Shown: positions 55,301 through 64,000 of the stretch, piece by piece | Layout of the letters: the number at the start of each line of letters is the position of its first letter | Position numbering within the stretch: the first letter of the stretch is position 1 | NCBI RefSeq assembly: GCF_000150275.1 | Contig: NW_002060945.1 | Coordinates: 9,006,011 to 9,070,010, forward strand | From: Trichoplax adhaerens | Taxonomy: Eukaryota; Animalia; Placozoa | Length of the DNA stretch: 64,000 nucleotides | Reading direction: 5' to 3' | Translations under genes and position numbers: made by a program | The notes under the pieces: generated by a model | Told to the model about the DNA's origin: nothing | What the model saw: the letters and a program-made list of their open reading frames with translations, nothing else | Database searches by the model: none

Positions 55301-57254
55301 TTAAATTAATCTTATTGATGAGTCAATATCTGGCTCATCTGCTGTTTCAAATCATGATAGCGTACGGAAGTATCGCTTGAATAATTACCAGTCCCCATGT
55401 ACAGAAATTAATAAAATTTTAATTTACTTATAGATTGCTTTAAAATTTGATAATCTTCGAAATGTTGTTGCGTAATATTAGCTTTCGTGTATCATTAGCT
55501 GCTTTATTGGCAAAGTATTGTTAGTAAAATAGCGTGATAAAGAGACTTTTCCAGTCCTCTAGTTTAGCAATGGATCGTATAATATCTGAACGGAGTAATT
55601 CTTACGATCCGATAATATAATCTACCTCATTATTTACAGATAAGTAAGTACCAAGGATCACAAAAAGATACAACGGCTGCAAGTAAAAGGCGACATCAGT
55701 TTATTTCCGTAAGTAATGCAATCTATAGGGATACTTACACAACAATTGCTAAGGAAAAATACAGGCGAATAAATACTTATTTACTAAAAATATAAGAATT
55801 GCAAAACCGATACTAAGCTTATTACTTTACAATAGACTACCAATAGCAAGGCAACTACACCTACAACTCCCAACTTGGCATCTAGCCCAGCACCAGATGT
55901 AACTCCAAGTAAAAATGCAACTTCTACGCCTACTGGAAAGCTAAACGCTACTCTAACTTCATTATTACAAGTATGCATTATGAAGAATTATGATATTAAT
56001 ATTATAAGAGTTAGAAGTCAAGCTAATGAGAGCAAACTAGCTTAAATTATAATCAAACGAACTTCCGATAAATTAATAAAACAATACAAAATTAAATTTG
56101 ATCAATAGAATAATGTTAATGGGAGTACTACATCGCTTAATTCAACTGAAAGCAGCATCCAGAAGCAGGTAAGCTACTAATTATCAATCTTATGAATAAG
56201 TGTACATAATGAAGCAAGACATCTGTTTTCAATAAAATAAAATGTCTACCGATTATGCAATGTTATGTAATGTTATGTACGTTGTTGCTGTTGGGAGCAA
56301 GGCATGATGATAGTACCGTAATTAAAAGAATCTAGATATGTAAATGTGATACTTAAAATGATTCAATAAGATTGGATATATAGTGTCGCCATCGTTTAAT
56401 TATGCTGTGTTAAGAAATTCTTTTGTTAATATTTATAATCAGAAAGCGACTTCAACACCTTATGAGTACTTCAGAATTAGGACGAAGGATAAAACTTTAG
56501 TTTATGTGACCAGAATTGATAGTAAAGTAAGTAAAATTTACTAGCATTACATAAGGAAATGTTTTAGTAAGTCACTGTTTTGATATTTAATTAATTTTCT
56601 ACTGATAACTTATAATAATGTGACTAAGTAATCCAATTAATATAATAGGTGGATAATCTTGACAACAAGGTGACGAAACTGCATTCTTATATGAAAAGGA
56701 GTATAAAAAAGTTGCTAAAATTACACCAGGTATCGTATGATAACTTATAAGTTTCGCTTTACCGCGATTTTTTGGAAATTATCGTTAGAATTTAGCGTAT
56801 TCTACGCAATTTACATAAACAATCAATGTAATAAATTATCTTTACTAACTTAAAGGACGTTATTAGTACAGAATAGAATAATTATAAGCAAGTAGCAATA
56901 CAAATTATTGGAGTCGGTCTAGATCAAGCGGCATTATTTCCTCGTATCCGTCAATAGTGTATCTGTACACTTGATACAAAATATGATATTGGCAAAATGT
57001 ATAGATTTCTTTTATAATTAATGATTATTAAAAAAAGCTCAGACAGTCTAGCAAAATATTTAATTGTAATAATTTATCTTACTTAATAACATTGTTTATT
57101 AACTCTATTTACCATGCAGACATCGCCATCAAGTGGAAAGAATAACAGTAATAAAGACAAAGATACAGATGAAAAGAAAGAAAAAGATAAAATTAGTGGC
57201 TCGGATTTCTTGGACATGCTTAATAAAAATAGTAAATTAAAGGACAAGGATTAA
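52339..57254 (+). CDS. Uncharacterised type II single-pass membrane protein, 7 exons, 269 aa (signal anchor, coiled coil, S/T/P-rich stalk, charged C-terminus)
   Basis: Exons 52339-52584, 55640-55708, 55836-55970, 56109-56168, 56443-56526, 56649-56729, 57120-57254. All are GT-AG, multiples of 3 and free of internal stops. TM segment FLMFVTLSIMAISIATLAILF follows a basic N-terminal tail; then a heptad-like segment, SKRR, a TTPTTP...SSPAP stalk with N-x-S/T sequons, and the end SKLKDKD*. Extra exons in the 3-kb first intron cannot be excluded. Confidence 0.8.
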
Positions 57255-57647
57255 TGCAATTGTAAGGAATAATGGGGCTACGTGATAGAGCAATGATGGA
57301 ATGAATCTGACAAAATAGCTCCAAACTGAAAGTGCGCCGGATTCTTTTAAAGCACAATGCAACATATACTAGAAATTAAAACGGCGTTGGGTATTACATC
57401 AGATTGAGGCGGAAAAGATTTAACCTGAGTACTTGTAAATGGTAGCCTAAAACGATATAGAAATAATTGATAAATCTGAAAACCGCGTGATATTATATAT
57501 ATTTATATATTAAGGAAAATTAATACTAAAGTCTACCTCATCTGCAGAGCATCGAGCACAATTTACAGTAACTATATACACTTTCGACATGGTTATTTAC
57601 ACTTTGCTATTGGTATCATCGATGCTACTCCTAAATAACATTATTAA

Positions 57648-57747
57648 TAGTAATAATAATAATTATAATAATAATAATAATAATAATAATATTGCTAATA
57701 CTACTACCAATAATAATTATAATTATTATAGTAACAATTATAATAAC
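57648..57747. repeat. (AAT)n microsatellite / low-complexity tract downstream of the membrane-protein gene
   Basis: Interrupted AAT repeats at 57651-57691, degenerating to ~57747. Confidence 0.9.
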
Positions 57748-60700
57748 AAAAACAGGCTGGCATAAAATTTAGATCAAGTTGGAACTTTTACTGACGCACT
57801 GATTGTTTTATAATACAACAAATTGCATTATCAATTATATTTGCTAAATGCAAACTTAAAGATGCTCTTAATTATAGGTAAACGAATTAAGTTCATCTTA
57901 TTTCAGTTCCTAAATTAATTGCAAAATAACGTGGTCATTCTATGTATAATTAAAATCATAAGTAGATGTTTAATTTCCCTGCCGGCTTACAATAGCATTA
58001 TACTTGATCTTTGTCCATAAAAAGAGTTTATGCATAATAAGTTTAACCTATTTAAAATTTTTAGTGATGCATCAATACTTGCCTTAACTATGTATTATGA
58101 TTTGAGACTCGATCGAGTTTAATTATAAATTTTGGCTGTTGTCTACTCCTGGGCGGCCTTCACATGATTAACCTATCAATTAGGTATAGCAAATTAAAAT
58201 TGGCATATTAAGTTTCATCGCAGTATCCATAATGTTACTTCATCTATAAATGTTTTTATCTTCATACTTACTTACACTGTTATAATTCAATACACATGCT
58301 ACATGTATCATTCACTTCATCTTAATTTAGTGGTACCGGAATTTGCTTTTGCCACTGTCTCATCACACAAGTTGTTATTTAATGCATTATCATGATCAAT
58401 GAATACAGACAAGGAATAGATTTTAAAATTAACATTAACCTTTAAGGCCATTAATTAACTTTAATATTAAGAATCTTAACGTGATGGTAACAGGAATCTA
58501 TCAGATTCGGTTACGCCGAAGGGAGAGTAAAATTTAAAAGTTATATAAATGATTGATTTTTGACCACTATGCTATTGGTAGCATCATACTAAAGCTGCTT
58601 GATTATGTAATTTCAAATATTCTTAATTTCTCTGTCCGGTAGAGTTGATTTATGACTATATCGCGGCAATTAGCATTGATTCACTTATGTATGTTTCCTA
58701 AAAGTTTTGGCTATTTGGTCCAAACTACCTTGAAATACTTTAAATAATGATTTTGATTTGTAATTGTTCATATAGAATTCATTTTATTTAAATTCTGAAG
58801 TAAATCCTGGTATATTGTAGACTATCTGGATAATAATATGTAAAAAGAAATCAAGCTATTCATCATAGGGCACCATTATAACTTATATTAATAATACTCA
58901 GCAAGGTTCACTATGACTCATAATCTGCACTAGATTTAATCTTATTTTAATTAATCGCTTGTTCATGCTTGATCGTATCTCTTTGTCGTCCACTATGATT
59001 GATTGATTGATTGATGATCATGATAATTTCTTTAATGCACTTCCTATTACTGATACTATATTGGTATAGATAGCAGTAACAAAATTAATTGAAATTTCTG
59101 CCAGTAATCTTAGACATTTACACGTCTATGATTGCTATTTTAGACAGTCTATTAAACGTTACTGTTGCTTTTATACCGGTACAAGTTTTTGCTAATGTTA
59201 TTATTAAGAATTGGTAGTTATCTTTTGCTTGCAACTCAGTAATCGACAGTAGGAGGGTAATGTATGGACGGTGGCTTACAACGAATTAAATGCTGATATA
59301 AATTAAGCTAAATACATCTCTAGCTCATTTAAGCTAGGAAATAAGAATAATTAATTTATTGTATAAATAAAAAGTTTCGCCTGGTACCTAATCAATATAT
59401 GCTTCTTAAAACTGCTGATACAATAGTAAAGGCCTTCTGCATATTATCCATAATATTTCACCGTATTAAGTTCATTTAACGAGCTGTTTGTGATAGAAGT
59501 CTACAATCTTGTCGCATGATTGAATAAAAATTTTTGGTCAGTCTTAATCATTGATATACTGATGCTGTGACTGATATTATGATTATTTTCTACCGACACA
59601 GTCAGATACTGCATTAGCTAGATAGAAATGAAATATTATGGATTCATTGAGGAATTGTTACTATCCGAATTGGATAGTCTTATTTCATATAATCCTATAT
59701 TAAATAAGTAGGGGAAACGATGAAGGATACTATAAGTAAAGAATTAGGAAGTTTTTTTTGTAATGCCACAAGTTATAGTATTTTAAGAATACAATAATTC
59801 AGATTTAGAAATTGAAACCATTCCGTGTAACTATAAGCTAATGTTGCCTTTGGGAAGCTAGTATACCCATGCAAAGTTATCTTTACAACCGCAATTACTT
59901 GCTATAGCTTGCGTTTTATTTTTAATTCATGATTATTATTAACCTAATCACTTACATCAAGGCTAGAAATTATGCATGTTTAATTAAAAAATTGATTTAG
60001 GATATTAGTACGTACTTGAAAATGTTATGTTGTAAATGTAACATGATACGATATAAAAACTAGTCTTCTAAGTCAATGACAAAATATCTCAGCGTTATGA
60101 ATAAGCTTAAATTGATGATGTATATTCTATTGTTATTCGTTAGGTAAATACTGCAATTTTTGTTGAGTTGCTTTGAAAGTGATCGTACCTACAGTGTGGC
60201 TAAGATTAATAACCTGCATTATGATTGGTAAGCTTTCATAACCATTTGCTAACGCATATGATATAACCAGTCTATAAGATATTGTACTACAGTATAGTCT
60301 ATAATATTTTCTATCGATTTTATGCTGTTTTTTTTTGGCTTAGCTTTCCTAAATAAATTATTACAAGTGAAAACTTGAGCAAGTGTATGTTTACCTATGA
60401 CTGGATTACTTCGCGGAAAAAAATTACTTTGTGGTATCATTTTAGTGCTGAATATTCATGAGGAGGAAATATTTATTTGTTTTACGCGGTAATACTTTAT
60501 TTTATTGAATTGTATGTTTCTAGGAAGAGTACGTTTTCATTGTTAAATAGGATATTCTCGATACATGTGAAGTTATACAAGTCGTTAATGATGTATGATA
60601 TCTTTTAGCCCAGATATGGCCCAAAATATCAAAATCGTAATCATTGTATATTTCTTATAGGCGTAGTTATCTAACATGTAAATTTTCCATAATTATGTCA

Positions 60701-62775
60701 AGGTGCCATCAGTAAGGATAGTATACACAAAATAATTCGTAAGACATTGATGCCGATAATAATCCCTGTTACGAAATGATATCCATGAGTCAAATGACTA
60801 AATTGATATAGAATTATTAATAAAATTTATGATGATATAACAAAGCAATCCAGAAAAAAAGAAGTACAGCATATGTTAAGACAATGAAAAATGTTGTTAA
60901 CAAAAGATTTCATTAGGTAAGCTTACTATTACTACTGGGTAGTTTATTAACTGGTTAGAACTAGCTACCGCTGAAGTAAAAAATTTTCTTCTGTACTATC
61001 CTATACTTTGTCAGTTTTGGGTATTGAATTTCGCGTGTCATACCAGATAAATTGTCAGCCTTTGCCAATTTGTATTTAAAACTAGCAATACAGTAATCAC
61101 TACCACATTCACTCTGATTTTTTATTTTTAGTCTTCCATACTTGCACCATATGCGGAGTTGTCTAGAATTTCTGGGGACTTTCTAAAACGATGCAAGAGA
61201 ACTCTTGAAATAATAATTAATTACAAAAGCATAGTTTGAAAAGTTTTGTTCAGGATGATATTTTGAAAGTGATGATGATTGAATTATGACGGAAGAAAGT
61301 ATAGATTGGTAATAGATAACAACCATGTCCCATCGTTATGGTCAATACCAATTGGTAAGTCATAACATTGCACTAGGAATAATTTTGATGGAATAGTTAA
61401 CAATACTACTTAAAGTTGTACGGATAGTCGTGGATCGATAGCTGAATGTACACACATGGTGTAGTAAATTTACAGAATTTTTTTTCATTCTTGTTTATAT
61501 TGTCGCATGCTATACGAATAATGTGATGTATTGCATTTACTGTGACCGAGTAGTTTACGAGTCGATTGCTTATCGTTAAAAAACGGATACGTGTACCCAT
61601 CGAAGATTGGTCATTTTCGATTCTGTTCATTCCATGAGTAGCTATTCTTAACACCAATGTGATGTAGATATAATAGCTCTAATATCTTAATTATGGAGGA
61701 ACATTTGCACGAATTACAGTCACACTATTTAAGTGATTGTACTATTTTATGCTTCTTGGCCTAGTATTTCCTGTAGTATGAGTGATTTATAATCTTACGT
61801 TTGATATTTTAATCGATTTCGCCAATGAATAAGATTGTATAGGGCAATACGGGATATTGTCATGATTTACATGATTACTAATTAGTCGGTGCTTTTGGAC
61901 ACGATTGAACCATTTCACCTCTTTATTATGCATTATTCTATGGGTACATTATTGGTAAAATAACGCGAAGTGATCTACTATTATATACATTCCAATTATT
62001 GCTACTCTTGTTCAAGTCGGAATCAGTAAACTATTGTATGGCTGGTACGAGGCAGACGCTTCGCTAACAGACATGTTTGCAATTCGAATCATCCATGATT
62101 TTTAAAATGTGCTTTAATGAAGGACTTATTGGATAGAACCGTTGAGTTCTCTTGATTAGTCGCTAACGAAGGGGTGATAGACACAGATACACTCCGTCTA
62201 GTCAGCTTCCTAATTTTGCCTTTCTACGAGATTGATCGTCTTTCAATACCGTCTAAGAAGGTCATACATCATGGTGTGTTCTAGCCGTGATTCCATATCA
62301 TACTCCTATCTTACGAATAAGCAGCTGCTTATCGTAACAACTTTCTTCCATACATAGCAAGATATTTTTAATCCTTGTTAATATGACCACACGACCATTG
62401 AATTTACTATGATTGTGTACCAGACATCTATAGGTATTTCACTAAAAGATTGTGTTGTCCAGTGGATCGATCAAATTGTATGGGTGGCAGAGATCTCAAT
62501 GGCACTCTATTGAAAATTCTTCTACTTGAAACTTGCCCGATTATAACTTAGAATCAATATCTAGCTATGACCAGAGACTTCTCTTGAGAAGTCCCTGGTG
62601 TATCCTAACGAAAGACCGTTGCTATTCGTTGGCCATGGATTGCTGTATGTGAGGCCATAATTGTGCTGTACAGACTAAATTAAATTTTATTACTATCAGT
62701 CGTCGACATCTTAAATGATGTCGACAACCGTAAATACAAGTAGACGACTCTATGATACCATCCGCTTCATATAAA

Positions 62776-62836
62776 ATAAAATAAAATGAATAGTGTGTAT
62801 GCACAGTGTACATACGCACTATTCATTTTATTTTAT
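62776..62836. other. Near-perfect ~29-bp-arm palindrome/hairpin
   Basis: ATAAAATAAAATGAATAGTGTGTATGCAC-AGT-GTACATACGCACTATTCATTTTATTTTAT; one G:T and one C:A mismatch. Confidence 0.85.
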
Positions 62837-63084
62837 ATATCTTCTTGATTTCTTGTAACTGTAGTATTTATCACATAAGGCCGTTACTCTCTTCCATAAT
62901 CCATGACCAAAACGGTCCATTTCAATTCGATCGTCAGTCACATGCTGTACTTACTATATTACGATAACTGTAACGATTACACACAGTACTGTACTATACA
63001 CTGAGTACTCTATGCAATCTAATGTACTCCACTATAATCAGATGTGATAATAACTTATCTGAGAATGCAGACAGTAAAGCGTAT

Positions 63085-63735
63085 TATTTGCCTCAATAAA
63101 GTCATGTATCTGTAAAACCAGAATGGTGTCTTCAATAAAGTAAAGTATCTGTAAAACCAGAACGGTGTATTTGTGACAAGAAAACATGACACTGTGTTTC
63201 AGTATACCGTACTGTAATCGATTTGGTTTTCGTGTCTTTTGGCACTGTCTTCTATTCTAATACACGACTTTCTACTTGCCTCAATAAAGTAAAGTATCAG
63301 TAAAACCAGAACGGTATCTTCAATAAAGTAAAGTATCAGTAAAACCAGAACGGTATCTTCAATAAAGTAAAGTATCTGTACAACCAAGACGGTGTCTTCA
63401 ATATAGTAAAGTATCTGTACAACCAAGACGGTGTCTTCAATAAAGTAAAGTATGTGTAAAACCAAAACGGTGTCTTCAATAAAGTAAAGTATGTGTAAAA
63501 GCAAAACGGTGTCTTCAATAAAGTAAAGTATCAGTAAAAGCAAAACGGTGTCTTTGTGACAAGAAAACATGACACTGTATTTCAGTATACTGTACTGCAA
63601 TCAATTTGGTTTTCCTGTCTTCTATTCTAATACACGACTTTCTATTTGCCTTAATAACGTAAAGTATATGTCCAACTAGAACGGTGTCTTTGTGACAAGA
63701 AAATATTACACTGTATTTCAGTCTACTGTATGTAC
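63085..63735. repeat. Nested tandem array: 39-bp minisatellite (2+7+1 copies) inside three larger units ending TTTGTGACAAGAAAA
   Basis: Unit CTTCAATAAAGTAAAGTATCTGTAAAACCAGAACGGTGT. Blocks are separated by a shared linker TTTGTGACAAGAAAACATGACACTGT.TTTCAGTATAC...ATTTGGTTTTC...TCTTCTATTCTAATACACGACTTTCTA. Confidence 0.92.
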
Positions 63736-64000
63736 AATATCTGAGTAATCCGGGTTATAATGGCTAGGCCTACTTTACAAGAATCGATTTGGTTTTTTGC
63801 TTATAGTGGACTGCCGCTGCTTTGCGGTAAAAATTGACCTCACGAATTACTCTTGGATGGACAGACATTTTCCGCTCCATCTTGTCAAAGTATCATGTCC
63901 AACATTTGCTGATGGACAGTACTTACTTATGCAGATGATCGCTTTAAATTGACTGATTTTTTCTAAATTAAGTAATATTACGGCCAATCTTATTATCTGT

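Noticed and set aside
63199-63600. 133-aa and 60-aa minus-strand ORFs with IEDTVLVLLILYF / KTPFWFYTYFTLL repeats
   Set aside because: By-products of a 39-bp (13-codon) tandem repeat; open in two frames with no sign of codon-level constraint.
1-64000. tRNA, rRNA or hammerhead ribozyme genes
   Set aside because: No cloverleaf/box A-B pattern, rRNA-like tract, or CTGATGA...GAAA core with supporting stems recognised by eye; a covariance-model scan is needed to exclude them.

Overview
AT-rich (roughly two-thirds A+T by eye) eukaryotic genomic DNA with many short GT-AG introns. It is probably from an early-branching animal; placozoan/Trichoplax-like is my inference from composition, intron size and gene content, not proven. 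I can support three genes. (1) A 21-exon class IIa histone deacetylase (HDAC4/5/7/9 orthologue, + strand, ~3153-12408), spliced by hand into a continuous frame of ~950 aa. It keeps the MEF2-binding, 14-3-3, NLS and NES motifs, but its active site is degraded: Zn-ligand Asp->Asn, channel Phe->Ser, and His at the catalytic Tyr position. (2) A single-exon 94-aa HLH protein of PTF/Fer type (- strand, 32612-32896) whose basic region is replaced by acidic residues. It sits alone in a ~40-kb gene-poor interval with an E-box cluster upstream. (3) A 7-exon, 269-aa type II membrane protein with a mucin-like stalk and no recognisable domain (+ strand, 52339-57254), all introns phase 0. Non-coding features: two ~99%-identical 633-bp solo LTRs, each with its own 5-bp TSD, in inverted orientation around the HLH gene; a diverged third LTR; several degenerate intronic minisatellites; a cluster of stem-loops next to a nested 39-bp tandem array; and a 50-N assembly gap. 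Most ORFs in the supplied track are spurious.
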